64,000 nt of DNA from positions 1,568,001 to 1,632,000 of the forward strand of contig OZ220480.1 in the NCBI GenBank assembly GCA_965116025.1, read 5' to 3'. Shown here piece after piece: positions 9,958 to 21,200 of the stretch. Position 1 is the stretch's first letter. Each line of letters starts with the position of its first letter. The position numbers and the translations under genes are program-made. Under the pieces are notes generated by a model. That model was not told where the DNA came from. It saw only the letters and a program-made list of their open reading frames with translations, and made no database searches. The DNA is from an uncultured candidatus Porisulfidus sp. (lineage in GTDB: Bacteria; Pseudomonadota; Gammaproteobacteria; Poriferisulfidales; Poriferisulfidaceae).

Positions 9958-11229
9958 ATGACTTTGATTAATGGATTGGATCTGGCGGACAAGTCCGCCC
10001 CCGAGGAAGAGGCTAAGGAGCCCGTGTTCCGGCCGGTTCAGCCGGACCAGGAGGACGCCCGCATCAAGGTGATCGGCGTCGGCGGCGGAGGCGGCAACGC
10101 CACGCAGCGCATGGAGCGCGGCCTGGCCGACAACGTGGAGGTGTTCTGCGTGAACACCGACGCGCAGGTCCTGCGCGGCCTCAAGGTTGGGCAGCCGGTG
10201 CAGATCGGCCGGGAGACCACCAAGGGCCTCGGCGCCGGGGCGCGGCCGCAAGTCGGGCGCGAAGCGGCGAAGGAGAGCCGCGACATCCTCGCCGGACTGG
10301 TCGAGAACGCCGACATGCTGTTCATCACGGCCGGCATGGGCGGCGGCACCGGCACTGGGGCCGCTCCGGTCATCGCCGAGCTGGCGAAGGAGGCCGGAGC
10401 GCTGACGGTGGCGGTGGTGACCCGCCCGTTCGAGTTCGAGGGACAGCATCGCTGCAGCCTCGCCGAGGAGGGCATCCGGGAGCTCGCGGCCCACGTCGAC
10501 TCGATCATCACCATTCCCAATGATCGGCTGATGAGCGAGCTGCCCGAGGACATCTCGATGGAGGACGCCTTCATCGAGGCGGATCGGGTGCTGTACGGCG
10601 CCGTGCGGGGGATCTCCGACCTGATCCTGCGGCCTGGCGTCATCAACCTGGATTTCGCCGACGTGCGGACCGTGATGGCGCAGCAGGGAATGGCCATGAT
10701 GGGCACCGGCGTCGCCGAAGGGCCGAACCGGGCGGCGGAGGCCACGAAGCAGGCCATCAGCTGCCGTCTGCTCGACGAGGTCAACATCACCGACGCTCGG
10801 GCCATGCTGGTCAACGTGACGACCACCAGCAAGGGTCTGGGGCTGGCGGAGCACCGCCAGGTCGCGGACGAGCTCAAGCCGCTTCAGGCTAAAGAGGCGG
10901 AGGTCGTGATGGGCACGACCTACGACGACAGCATGGGCGACCAGCTCAAGGTGACCATCGTGGTGGCGGGCTTCGGGGTCCGCGAGGAGCCGAAGGAGGG
11001 TCCGTCGCCCACCGCCACGACCGGAGGAGCCCCGCGATGGATCGCCAAGGCTCCGCGCCGGATTTCCGGGAGCGCGGCTGGCGCGGGCGAGAGAGAGCCG
11101 AGAGCGGAGAAGGTCGCCCCGGCGCCGACTCTCACCGAGGGAAACCTGGCCCGGGACACGCGCGACACGGGCTGGAGCAAGGCGGGCAAGTTCGACGTCC
11201 CGTCCTACTTGCGCAAGCAGCATGACTGA
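9958..11229 (+). CDS. ftsZ: Cell division GTPase FtsZ
   Basis: [33 protein letters not shown] and C-terminal DVPSYLRKQ peptide. Confidence 0.98.
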   Translation: MTLINGLDLADKSAPEEEAKEPVFRPVQPDQEDARIKVIGVGGGGGNATQRMERGLADNVEVFCVNTDAQVLRGLKVGQPVQIGRETTKGLGAGARPQVGREAAKESRDILAGLVENADMLFITAGMGGGTGTGAAPVIAELAKEAGALTVAVVTRPFEFEGQHRCSLAEEGIRELAAHVDSIITIPNDRLMSELPEDISMEDAFIEADRVLYGAVRGISDLILRPGVINLDFADVRTVMAQQGMAMMGTGVAEGPNRAAEATKQAISCRLLDEVNITDARAMLVNVTTTSKGLGLAEHRQVADELKPLQAKEAEVVMGTTYDDSMGDQLKVTIVVAGFGVREEPKEGPSPTATTGGAPRWIAKAPRRISGSAAGAGEREPRAEKVAPAPTLTEGNLARDTRDTGWSKAGKFDVPSYLRKQHD

Positions 11230-11269
11230 GCGCGCTCCCAGCCCGGAAGCGTCTCGGAAGCCGAGCTCT

Positions 11270-11297
11270 TCCCGGAGGCGCGCGCGCGCCTCCGGGA
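11270..11297. repeat. Perfect 28-bp GC-rich palindrome after ftsZ (possible terminator or RNA stabiliser)
   Basis: TCCCGGAGGCGCGCGCGCGCCTCCGGGA is its own reverse complement; no U-tract follows. Confidence 0.6.
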
Positions 11298-11327
11298 GCG
11301 GGTCCGGCTCCGGTTCGGCCTTCGCTC

Positions 11328-11356
11328 TGGATAAAAACGGTTTTTTCTGTAATAAT
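11328..11356 (+). promoter_or_regulatory. Putative sigma70 promoter for lpxC
   Basis: TGGATA-17 bp-AATAAT in an AT-rich patch within otherwise very GC-rich DNA. Confidence 0.5.
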
Positions 11357-11425
11357 GCGCGCGTTCGCGCGTCCGCCCGGCCCGGGCGCGCGCCCGTCAC
11401 CCGTGACGATGGGAAGCGTTCCGCC

Positions 11426-12355
11426 ATGATTCGCCAGCACACCCTGAAGCAAAGCATTTGCGCGGAAGGCATAGGTCTGCACTCTGGAGAGAAGGCTTCC
11501 ATGCGTCTGAGCCCGGCCCCGGTGAACACGGGGGTGGTCCTGCGGCGGATCGACTTCGATCCGCCCACGCGCATCCGGGTGCATCCGGACCAGGTGTCCG
11601 CCACCCGTCTGTCCACGACGCTGTCCAACGGCGACGTCCACGTCTCCACGGTCGAGCACCTGCTGTCGGCGGTGGCCGGGCTCGGGGTCGACAACCTGTA
11701 CGTCGATCTGGATTCCGGCGAGGTCCCGATCATGGACGGCAGCGCCAGCCCGTTCGTGTTCCTGATCCATTCCGGGGGATTGCTCGAGCAGGACGCGCCG
11801 AAGCGCTACATCCGCATCCGCGAGCCGGTCGAGGCGCGCGACGAGAAGGGGGGGCGGTGGGCGCGCCTGACCCCGCACGACGGCTTTCGGGTGGGATTCA
11901 CCATCGACTTCGACCATCCGGCGATTCGCAACACCCGGCAGTCCGTGACGCTGGACCTCTCCAGCTCTTCCTACGTCAAGGAAGTGGCGCGGGCGCGCAC
12001 CTTCGGCTTCCGCCACGAGGTGGAGCTCCTGCGCGAGCGCAACCTGGCGCTGGGCGGAAGCCTGGACAACGCGATCGTGCTGGACGACAATCGCATTCTC
12101 AACGACAGCGGCTTGCGCTACGCCGACGAGTTCGTCAAGCACAAGGTGCTGGACGCTATTGGCGACCTCTACCTGCTCGGCCACAGCCTGATCGGGGCCT
12201 TCGAGGGCTACCGCTCCGGGCATGAGCTGAACATCCAGTTGCTGCGGAAATTGCTGGCGACCGAATCGGCCTGGGAGCTCGTGAGTTTCGAGGACGCCCG
12301 CGAGGCGCCGGCGTGCTTCGCGCGCGTGGGCCCGGCGCGGCCGAGCCCGGCCTGA
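11426..12355 (+). CDS. lpxC: UDP-3-O-acyl-GlcNAc deacetylase
   Basis: [48 protein letters not shown]. Confidence 0.98.
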   Translation: MIRQHTLKQSICAEGIGLHSGEKASMRLSPAPVNTGVVLRRIDFDPPTRIRVHPDQVSATRLSTTLSNGDVHVSTVEHLLSAVAGLGVDNLYVDLDSGEVPIMDGSASPFVFLIHSGGLLEQDAPKRYIRIREPVEARDEKGGRWARLTPHDGFRVGFTIDFDHPAIRNTRQSVTLDLSSSSYVKEVARARTFGFRHEVELLRERNLALGGSLDNAIVLDDNRILNDSGLRYADEFVKHKVLDAIGDLYLLGHSLIGAFEGYRSGHELNIQLLRKLLATESAWELVSFEDAREAPACFARVGPARPSPA

Positions 12356-12363
12356 TCGGGATC

Positions 12364-12663
12364 TCAGTCGTGCTCGGCTTGGCGCGCGGAGACGCGAACC
12401 TGAAGTCGGCGCAACGGCCGCTCCAGCCGGTCCTGGAATTCGGCGTTGACGAGCTTGAGCAGCTCGCGTTGCTGGTAATGAATCAGCGGCGCTTTCTGGC
12501 CATCGTCGATCGAGACCGTCAGCGCCGACCCGTCGACGCCGCTGCACCAGCACCGCTCGCCCAGCGATTCGGGGAGCTGTCGCCGTAGACACTTGGTGAT
12601 GGCCAGTTGCAGGCGGATGCGGGCCAGCAGATGAGGATCGATATGCTCAAGCAGCTTCTTCAT
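12364..12663 (-). CDS. dciA: DciA/DUF721-like replicative helicase loader
   Basis: Small basic protein on the opposite strand between lpxC and secA, the usual position of DUF721; LIHYQQRELLKLV pattern. Confidence 0.65.
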   Translation of the reverse strand: MKKLLEHIDPHLLARIRLQLAITKCLRRQLPESLGERCWCSGVDGSALTVSIDDGQKAPLIHYQQRELLKLVNAEFQDRLERPLRRLQVRVSARQAEHD

Positions 12664-12879
12664 GGGTCTGGACGGGCGAGCTCCTCCATTATCCGGCATG
12701 CCTCGATTCTTGGCAAAGCCTTCGGCGCGCGGCGGCGGGCGTCAGGGAATCCATGGAATGGCGGAACGAGGACGGTCTGATGGCGCGGGCCGGCGAGGCC
12801 GCCAATCCCCTGACCTCGACGTTCTCGCCCGCGCGCCGCTGAGGCGCGGCCGGCCGCGCGTAATTTCGGCGATCCCGCG

Positions 12880-15606
12880 ATGCTCGATTCCTTAGTCCGA
12901 AAACTCTTCGGGAGCCGAAACCAGAGGCTTCTCAAGCGACACCAGCGAACGGTCCTCGCGATCAACGAGCGGGAGGACGCGTTGCGGAACATGGACGACG
13001 CGGGCTTGCGCGAGCGCGTCGATCGGTGCCGCGCTCGTCTCGCCGCGGGGGAGACGCTCGACGCGCTGTTGCCGGAGGTCTTCGCGCTGGTCCGGGAGGC
13101 CGCGCGCCGGGCGCTGGGCATGCGGCACTTCGACGTCCAGCTGCTCGGCGGAATCGTGCTCCACGAGGGCGGAATCGCGGAGATGCGCACCGGCGAGGGC
13201 AAGACCTTGGCCGCCACCCTGCCGGCCTGCCTGCACGCGCTGGCCGGCGAGAGCGTGCACGTGGTGACCGTCAACGACTACCTGGCGCGGCGCGACGCGA
13301 ACTGGATGCGTCCGGTCTACGAGCGGCTCGGCCTGAGCGTGGGCGTGATCACCCAAGGGCTCGACGGCGTCCGGCGCCGCGAGGCCTACGCCGCCGGCGT
13401 GACCTACGGAACCAACAACGAGTTCGGTTTCGACTACTTGCGCGACAACATGGTGTTCCGGGCCGACCACCGGGTCATGCGCGGACAGGATTTCGCCATC
13501 GTCGACGAGGTGGACTCGATCCTCATCGACGAGGCGCGCACGCCCCTGATCATCTCGGGCCCCTCCGAGGACCGCGTCGACCTCTACCAGAAAATGAACC
13601 ATATGGCGCGCGAGCTCCAGCCGCAGCGGGAAGAGGACGGGCCGGGAGACTACCGCGTCGACGAGAAGGCGCGTCAGGTCTATCTGACCGAGGACGGCCA
13701 CCATCGGGTCGAGGAGCGGCTGGCCGCCGAGGGGCTGATCCCGCGCGGGGGGAGTCTGTACGAGGCCGGGAGCATTCGCCTGCTGCACCACGTCAACGCC
13801 GCCCTGCGCGCCCGGGCCCTGTTCCAGCGGGACCGGGATTACATCGTCTCGGAGGACGGCAAGATCGTCATCATCGACGAGTTCACCGGGCGCAAGATGC
13901 CGGGCCGGCGCTGGTCGGACGGCCTGCACCAGGCGGTCGAGGCCAAGGAGGGCGTGGCGGTCGAGGCGGAGAACCAGACCGTCGCGTCCATCACCTTTCA
14001 GAACTACTTTCGGCTGTACTCCAGGCTGTCGGGCATGACGGGCACGGCCGACACCGAGGCCTTCGAGTTCCAGCAGATTTACGGTCTGGAGGTGGTGGTC
14101 GTCCCGACCCATCTGCCGATGGCGCGCGAGGACCTCGGGGACATGGTGTTTCTGACCGCGAAAGAAAAGTACGAGGCGGTGGCGGAGGACATTCGGGACT
14201 GCGTTCGGCGCGGCCAGCCAGCGCTGGTCGGCACGACCTCGATCGCCAACTCCGAGCTGCTGTCCGAGTTGTTGCGGCGGGCGGGAATCGAGCACCAGGT
14301 CCTGAACGCCAAGTTTCACGAGCAGGAATCGCGCATCATCGCCCAGGCCGGGCGGCCTGGCGCGGTCACCATCGCCACCAATATGGCCGGACGCGGCACC
14401 GACATCGTGCTTGGCGGGGCGCTGGAGGCGAGTCCGGGAGAGCCGGAGGCCGCCGTCGATAAGGCGGCGTGGCAGGCCCGGCACGATCAGGTCGTCGCCG
14501 CTGGCGGCCTGCACATCATCGGCACCGAGCGTCACGAGTCCCGGCGCGTCGACAATCAGCTGCGCGGGCGCGCGGGGCGCCAGGGCGACCCAGGCTCCAG
14601 CCGGTTCTACCTGTCCCTAGAGGATAGCTTGATCCGCATCTTCGCCTCGGAGCGGATGTCCACGCTAATGCAGCGCCTCGGCATGAAGGAGGGCGAGGTG
14701 ATCGAGCACCCATGGGTCACCAAGGCGATCGGCAACGCCCAGCGCAAGGTGGAGGCGCGCAACTTCGACATCCGCAAGCACCTGCTGGAGTTCGACGACG
14801 TGATCAACGACCAGCGCGCGCTGATCTACGAGCAGCGCGACCAGATCATGGAATCCGAGGACCTGTCCGATCATGTGGCCTCGATCCGCGTGGACGTCGT
14901 GGACCGGACCTTTCGGGACCACGTTCCGCCCGACAGCGTGGAGGAGCAGTGGAACGTCGAGAGCCTGGAGCGGACGCTGGCGGAGAGCTTCGGGGTGGAC
15001 GCGCCAGCGCGCGCGTGGCTGGAGCGGGAGCCGGAGCTGAACGCCGAGACTCTGTCCGAGCGCGTCCACGAGGCGGTCGAGCGGAAGCTGCGCGACAAGG
15101 AGGCGGCGATCACGCCGGAAGCGATGCGCCACTTGGAGCGGGATCTTCTGCTGACGACGCTGGACATGCACTGGAAGGAGCATCTGGCGATGATGGACCA
15201 TCTGCGCCAGGGGATCGGCCTGCGCAGCTACGCGCAGAAGAATCCCAAGCAGGAGTACAAGCGCGAGGCCTTCGAGCTGTTCCAGTCCATGATGGACCGG
15301 ATCGAGAGCGATTTCATTCAGTTGCTGTGCCGCTTGCGCCTTGGCTCCCCGGAGGAGCTGGATTCGCTGGAGAGGCCGGCCACCGCGATGTCCAAGCTGG
15401 ATTACCGGCACGCTCCGGCGGAGCGGGCCGCTTCCCCGTCCTCCGCGCGGGCCCCCTCGAGTCCGCCGAAGAGAGCTAGCGTCCCGCCGCCGCTCCCGCC
15501 GTTCCGCGGCGCGTCCGAAAAAATTGGCCGAAATCAGCCTTGCCCGTGCGGCTCGGGCAAGAAATACAAGCATTGCTGCGGCGCGCGAGCCCGCAAGGCG
15601 GCATGA
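12880..15606 (+). CDS. secA: Preprotein translocase ATPase SecA
   Basis: EMRTGEGKT, DEVDSILIDEARTPLIISG, TIATNMAGRGTDI, C-terminal CPCGSGKKYKHCC. Confidence 0.99.
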   Translation: MLDSLVRKLFGSRNQRLLKRHQRTVLAINEREDALRNMDDAGLRERVDRCRARLAAGETLDALLPEVFALVREAARRALGMRHFDVQLLGGIVLHEGGIAEMRTGEGKTLAATLPACLHALAGESVHVVTVNDYLARRDANWMRPVYERLGLSVGVITQGLDGVRRREAYAAGVTYGTNNEFGFDYLRDNMVFRADHRVMRGQDFAIVDEVDSILIDEARTPLIISGPSEDRVDLYQKMNHMARELQPQREEDGPGDYRVDEKARQVYLTEDGHHRVEERLAAEGLIPRGGSLYEAGSIRLLHHVNAALRARALFQRDRDYIVSEDGKIVIIDEFTGRKMPGRRWSDGLHQAVEAKEGVAVEAENQTVASITFQNYFRLYSRLSGMTGTADTEAFEFQQIYGLEVVVVPTHLPMAREDLGDMVFLTAKEKYEAVAEDIRDCVRRGQPALVGTTSIANSELLSELLRRAGIEHQVLNAKFHEQESRIIAQAGRPGAVTIATNMAGRGTDIVLGGALEASPGEPEAAVDKAAWQARHDQVVAAGGLHIIGTERHESRRVDNQLRGRAGRQGDPGSSRFYLSLEDSLIRIFASERMSTLMQRLGMKEGEVIEHPWVTKAIGNAQRKVEARNFDIRKHLLEFDDVINDQRALIYEQRDQIMESEDLSDHVASIRVDVVDRTFRDHVPPDSVEEQWNVESLERTLAESFGVDAPARAWLEREPELNAETLSERVHEAVERKLRDKEAAITPEAMRHLERDLLLTTLDMHWKEHLAMMDHLRQGIGLRSYAQKNPKQEYKREAFELFQSMMDRIESDFIQLLCRLRLGSPEELDSLERPATAMSKLDYRHAPAERAASPSSARAPSSPPKRASVPPPLPPFRGASEKIGRNQPCPCGSGKKYKHCCGARARKAA

Positions 15607-16796
15607 GCTGGCGACCGGTGCCCGGAGCGCGGCTGGCCGCCGCGAGCGCGGGCCTGGCCGCCGGAGAGCGGTCGGATCTGGCGGTGCTGGAGCTGGCGCC
15701 CGGGACGCGCGCGGCCGCCGTCTTCACGACCAATCGGTTCCGCGCCGCTCCCGTGGAGATCGCGCGCGAGCATCTGGAAGCCTCCACGCCCCGGTTGCTG
15801 CTGATCAACGCCGGTTGCGCCAACGCTGGGCTGGGCGAGCGTGGCCGTGCCGATGCCCGGCGGTGTTGCGAGTCGGCCGCGACGGCGTTCGGGATCGAGC
15901 CGCGCGAGGTCCTTCCGTTCTCGACCGGAGTGATCGGCCAGCCGTTGGACGTGGAGAAGATCGAGGCGCGGCTCCCGGATCTGCGACGGGACCTGTCCGC
16001 CGACTCTTGGCCGGAGGCGGCGCGGGCGATCCTGACGACCGATACCCGAAGCAAGCTGGTCGGGCGCCAGATCAAGAGCGGAGGAAAGAGCTTTCGCGTC
16101 ACCGGAATGGCTAAGGGCGCGGGCATGATCTGTCCGGACATGGCGACCATGCTGGCCTTCGTCGCGACCGATCTGGCGGTCGACGCGGTGGTTCTGGAGC
16201 ATGCGCTCGACCGCGCCCTCGAGAGCTCGTTCCACGCGCTCACCGTGGACGGCGACACGTCCCCCAACGACGCGTGCGCGCTGCTGGCGACCGGAGCCAG
16301 CGGCGTGGCGCTTGCGGAACTGGAGGATGCAGGGGTGGAGGACTGGGAGCGCGCCGTCATTGAGGTCTGCGAGGAGCTGGCCCAGGCCATCGTGCGCGAC
16401 GCCGAGGGCGCGACCCGTCTTCTCGCGATCCGGGTCGAGAGGGCCGCCACCGCGGAGCAGGCCCAAGCGGTGGCGCGGGCCATCGCGCACTCGCCTCTGG
16501 TCAAGACGGCGGCGTTCGCCGGCGATCCTAACTGGGGCCGGATTCTGGCCGCCGTCGGGCGTAGCGCCGGAGACCTCTCGCGCATCGATCAGGTCGGGAT
16601 CTGGCTCGACGACGAGCGGGTGGTCGCGGGCGGAGTCGTGGCGGAGGACTACGCGGAAGAGCGAGGCCGGGCGGTCATGGCCCGCGATAAGTTCGAGATT
16701 CGCGTGGATCTGGGAGTGGGCGAGGCGCGGGCGCGAATCTACACGTCCGACCTGTCCTACGATTACGTGAAAATCAACGCCGAATACCGAACCTGA
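15603..16796 (+). CDS. argJ: Bifunctional ornithine acetyltransferase ArgJ
   Basis: STGVIG, AKGAGMICPDMATML, DGDTSPND, RDAEGAT, DPNWGRI, INAEYRT. Confidence 0.97.
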   Translation: MSWRPVPGARLAAASAGLAAGERSDLAVLELAPGTRAAAVFTTNRFRAAPVEIAREHLEASTPRLLLINAGCANAGLGERGRADARRCCESAATAFGIEPREVLPFSTGVIGQPLDVEKIEARLPDLRRDLSADSWPEAARAILTTDTRSKLVGRQIKSGGKSFRVTGMAKGAGMICPDMATMLAFVATDLAVDAVVLEHALDRALESSFHALTVDGDTSPNDACALLATGASGVALAELEDAGVEDWERAVIEVCEELAQAIVRDAEGATRLLAIRVERAATAEQAQAVARAIAHSPLVKTAAFAGDPNWGRILAAVGRSAGDLSRIDQVGIWLDDERVVAGGVVAEDYAEERGRAVMARDKFEIRVDLGVGEARARIYTSDLSYDYVKINAEYRT

Positions 16797-16800
16797 TTCC

Positions 16801-17760
16801 ATGGCGAAGTCCATGGCTGTGGTCGTGGGGGCCATGCTCGATCAGAGGAATGGCGAGCCGAGAGTGTTGCTCGCGAAGCGCGCCGCTGGCGCGCACCAGG
16901 GCGGAAAATGGGAGTTTCCCGGTGGAAAGAGGAAGGCGGGCGAGAGCGCGCCGCGCGCCTTGGCGCGCGAGCTGGAAGAGGAGATCGGCGTTCAGGCGCG
17001 CGCGTGGCGGCGGTTGATCCGCTTTCCTTATTCCTATCCGGAATTCGATATGGACTTCGAGACGTTCCAGGTTCTGGCCTGGGACGGGACCGCGAGAGGA
17101 CGCGAAGGACAGGAGGTGCGCTGGATTCCGCTGTCGCGCCTCGGGGAATGGGCCACTCCGCCCGCTAGCCTTCCGGTGATTCGCGCGCTTCAGCTGCCGT
17201 CGCGGTACGCGATCAGCGCGGACCCCGCCGGAGACCTGGAGCGCTGGCGTGCCGACCTGTCGGCGACGCTGGGGCGCGGCGCGCGATTGATCCAGCTACG
17301 CGTCCGCTCGCTTTCGGGACCAGCGTATGATCGATTGGCGCGAGAGGCCATCGCGCTGTCCCGATCAGCGGGAGCGAGGATCGTCCTGAACGGCGAGCCC
17401 GAGCGCGCGCTCCGGCTTGGCGCGGACGGGGCGCATTTGAGCGGCGCGCGCCTCATGCGCTTGGCTTCCCGGCCATTGCCGAAGGATTCGCTCGTGGGCG
17501 CGTCTTGTCACAATCCTCAGGAACTGGAGCGAGCGGTTCGGATTGATGCCGACTTCGCGGTGATGTCGCCGGTGCGCGACTCGCCGCGGGCTCTGGGTTG
17601 GGCGGCGTTCGCGGCGATGATCGCCGACGCGGCGTTGCCGGTATACGCGCTGGGAGGAATGCGCCAAGAGGATCAAGCCGCGGCCGTCAAGGCTGGCGCG
17701 CAGGGAATCGCCGCGATCCGAGGGCTGTGGGGGCCAGTCAGCCGAGCAGCACCCCGATGA
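16801..17760 (+). CDS. MutT/Nudix hydrolase fused to a thiamine-phosphate-synthase-like domain
   Basis: Nudix box GGKRKAGESAPRALARELEEEIG, then GASCHN and VYALGG TMP-synthase-like barrel; usual position after argJ. Confidence 0.9.
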   Translation: MAKSMAVVVGAMLDQRNGEPRVLLAKRAAGAHQGGKWEFPGGKRKAGESAPRALARELEEEIGVQARAWRRLIRFPYSYPEFDMDFETFQVLAWDGTARGREGQEVRWIPLSRLGEWATPPASLPVIRALQLPSRYAISADPAGDLERWRADLSATLGRGARLIQLRVRSLSGPAYDRLAREAIALSRSAGARIVLNGEPERALRLGADGAHLSGARLMRLASRPLPKDSLVGASCHNPQELERAVRIDADFAVMSPVRDSPRALGWAAFAAMIADAALPVYALGGMRQEDQAAAVKAGAQGIAAIRGLWGPVSRAAPR

Positions 17761-18037
17761 AAAAGGTCGTCAGGTAAATGACGATCAGGCCCAGCATGGA
17801 CAGCAGGCACAGCGTGGTCACCGGATGGCGGGGAGGCCGATGGCCGAAGAGAGTTCCGGCGACCGCGACGAGGAACGAGACGAGCGCCAAGCTCTGCGCG
17901 CAACCGGTCTGGCAGGAGCGCGCCTCGAAAGGGCCACTCAAGAGATTGAAGACCAGCGCCACGGTCAAACTCCAACTGACGACCGCGGCTAGGGCGGTCC
18001 AAGGCGAGATGGCGGCATAATAGCGAGAGCCGATCAT
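17738..18037 (-). CDS. Small three-TM membrane protein with a CxxxC motif, function unknown
   Basis: Three hydrophobic segments, SCQTGC loop; TAGAAT -10-like box 6 nt before the ATG. Confidence 0.6.
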   Translation of the reverse strand: MIGSRYYAAISPWTALAAVVSWSLTVALVFNLLSGPFEARSCQTGCAQSLALVSFLVAVAGTLFGHRPPRHPVTTLCLLSMLGLIVIYLTTFFIGVLLG

Positions 18038-18158
18038 GCGCGTATTCTAAACCCGTCATCGCGACCGCGCGCTCGTTGAGCGGGTGGAGAGTCTTCCCGA
18101 TGGGCGGCCTCAGCCCGCCATCCACGGAAATGGGACGCGCGCGGGTGCTGGGCGCATG

Positions 18159-18164
18159 TATAAT
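18159..18164 (+). promoter_or_regulatory. Consensus -10 box (TATAAT) for the autotransporter gene
   Basis: Perfect TATAAT about 40 nt upstream of ATG 18206, with an AGAGGA RBS between them. Confidence 0.55.
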
Positions 18165-18205
18165 CCACGGTCATCTGAACGCTGGAACCGAATAGAGGAA
18201 CAACA

Positions 18206-21200
18206 ATGATCAAGAGTCCGTCCGTTTCCAAGATTCGCGCCGCGCTTCGCGTCGCGTCGTCGTCTTCCCGCGTAAGGGGGGGGGGGGGGGGGCATAGCCT
18301 CCGTTTCCTGACCGTTTTGGCCGGATTGACGGCCGTTCTATCGATTCCGCTTATTCCAAGCTCCGCCGAGGCGGGAACCACGGGGAATTGCGGCACGCCC
18401 AGCACCAACGCGATCACCTGCGGCGACGCGAGCTACACCAAAGACGACGGCTCCCCGATCAAGTATGAGGGTCGGACTGGGGGCCTGACCTTGACCGTGA
18501 AGCCTTCCGGGGCGAGCACGGTCACCATCACCGCCACGAAGCTTCCCGCGACCCCGAGCGAGGCGTTTCCAGGGATCCACCTGGACGGGGAAGGCACTCT
18601 GAAAGTTCTTCTGGATGGCGCCGTGAAAGTCGTGAACGGGGCGACCCGGACGACGGTGGAAGCCACGTACGAGGGAGAGACGGAGACGTTCATCCATCCA
18701 GATCACAAGCTGGGCTCCCAGAACGACGGGGTGTACGTGGCGTACGACAAGGATGACGACCAGGGGACGACGGAGGGCATGGTGGAGGTGATGGTGGGGA
18801 AGGACGCGATGATCGGGAGCGCGACGGCGCCGGCGGGACGGTACGGGGTTCACGCCGCGTTCGTGGACGTGGATGGTGACGAAAACTATCCGGCCGGGAA
18901 GCTCAAGGTGACGAACGCGGGGGAGATATACGGCCATTACGCGGGGATTTACGCGAAGCACGACGGGAAGGGCGACATCGAGATCAAGACAGCGGAGGGG
19001 AGCGTGACATCGATGGGAATCCGGGCGATCTCGAACAAGGCCGACAGAGCGAAGCGGGGCGGGAGCGTCACGATTCGTCATCATGGCCGGATCGTGGTCA
19101 AGAATCCGGTTCGGTATTTGGACTCCTTGAAAACGAACGCGCTGACGACGACCACGCCGTTGGCCGCGGACAAGGCGGACAGCAGTAACCGGATCAGAGG
19201 CGGGGTTTACGTGGAGCATCGAGACGAACCGGAAACCGCCACGAAGGAGCCGAGCAGCTCGATCTTGATCGAGTCGAGCGGCGATATTGATGTCGTCGCC
19301 GATCCGGTGCACAGCATTGGCGTGAACGGGATCGTGGTGGCGACGTATGGGAACGAGAAATCCGTGGTTCCGGTGACGGTCGATGTGACGGGAGGGACGA
19401 TCACGGCGGGCGACCAAGGGAAGAACAGCCGGGGGTCTGGGATTTACGTGTATTCCTATGGTCACGACGGCGGGCTGATCAAGGTGGATCTCGCGGGCGA
19501 GATCGCCCGGACGGGGGGAACGGGAGACGGGATCCGCATTTATCAGGATGGCGATCCCACCGATACCACCGACGTCAATCAGGATATCGAGGTGACGCTG
19601 AAGTCCGGGGCGCGGATCGGGATGGAGGGGGACGAGCCAACCGTGGGTCGGCATGGCGTGTCGGTTGACCAGAGAGTTCCTGGTGGAGCGACCAAGGTGT
19701 CAGTCTCCGAAGGGGCGCGGATCGGAACCGAGGGGACTCCGGTCGGCGTACACGGCGTGTACGCGGTGTCCGACTCCCCTGACGACGAGGGCGCCATCAC
19801 GATCACCAACGAGGGCTACATCCACGCGAAGGGCTCGGGCGTGGTCGCCCTGCATATGGGCTGGGACGACGTGGTCGTGAAGCACCTGGCGGGCGAGATC
19901 GTCGCGGGCGACGCGCCCGATATCCTTGATCGGTTCTCAGAGGATGACAAGCCGAAGCTGGCGGGCCTGAAAGGCAGGACCGCTGGCATCCTCGCCATTC
20001 ATTTGAGCTCGGAGCCCAAGCCGCTTCCCGGCAAGGAGTTCAGCTTCGGCGATCCCTCCACCTACACCACCGAGATCGGGGAGATCAAGATCACGTCGAA
20101 GGCGGACATCACGTCGAAGGGCGACGGAATTCTCGCCTACGTGAAAGACTTTGACGATGTGGGGGGCAGGAGAGCCAAGATGATCGTCCCGATCACGATC
20201 GACGCGTCGGGCGGGACGATCACGGCGGACGGGCATGGGGTCTACGCGGAGACGGCCACCACCTACGACGATGCCACGGAAGCCGGGAAGATAGAGGTCA
20301 CGGTGGGGGAGATGGCGACGATCCGGGCCAAGAAGGACGGGGTGCATGTCAAGGGCATGCGGACCTTCGCGTCCGACCACGCCCGGAAAGGGCAATATGA
20401 CCAGACGGTCACGATCAACGGCAAGGTGATGGGCGGCGGTGGAGACCACGCCGGCGTTCGGATGGTGAAGGGCGGGACGCTGGTGATCGGGAGCGGCGGG
20501 CCGGAGGCGCGGCTCGGGGCGACCTCGGGCGTGGCGGTCCACGCGGACGGGGCTCTGACCATCACGATGAGCAAGACCGCCGACGGGCGCATCGGCTGGG
20601 TCGTGGGGAAGATCCAGAACGGCGACAGCGCCGACACGACCTTCGCGGGCGTGGAAGTGGGGAAGACGTACCTGCTTCAGGATTGGAAGGAGACGAAGGG
20701 GATATTCGACACGACGATCGAGCGGAAGGTGACCTTGAGGGAATACGCGGACGAGGACTATCACGAGTTCGAGCTGGTGTCTCAAGAGGAGATCGTTCGG
20801 GAGTACCATGATCGGGCTCGGGTGTACGAGGCGCTGCCGTCGGTGCTGCTGGAGATGAGCGCGCCAGTCGGTCGCCAGGCGCGCTTGTCGGCGACGCGGG
20901 ACGGCGGGGGCGCGTGGGCGCGGGTTTTGGCGAGCGATGGCGAGCGTGAGGCGGAGACGTCGACGACGGCGATGGACACGGCCGGGCATGATCTGTCTTG
21001 GGACTTCGAGCGCTGGGGCGTGGAGACGGGCTTCGTCGTTCCCACGGACGCGCCGGGGCTTATGCTGGGGGTGAGCGCGCACTACCGTGACGGCGAGGCG
21101 GACGTCGAGCGCGGCGGGAAGATCGAGGTTTCGGGCGTGGGCGTGGGCGCGTCAGCGACCTGGCGGGGTGAGGACGGCTGGTACGCGGACGGGGAACTCT

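Noticed and set aside
139-17200. Many long antisense and alternate-frame ORFs over the dcw-secA-argJ region (for example 1020-2414, 9925-11733, 12892-14535)
   Set aside because: Shadow ORFs expected in very GC-rich DNA; Arg/Pro/Ala-rich, motif-free, and overlapping well-supported genes
16801-17760. Nudix-ThiE fusion as a novelty
   Set aside because: A known fusion at this position in many Gammaproteobacteria
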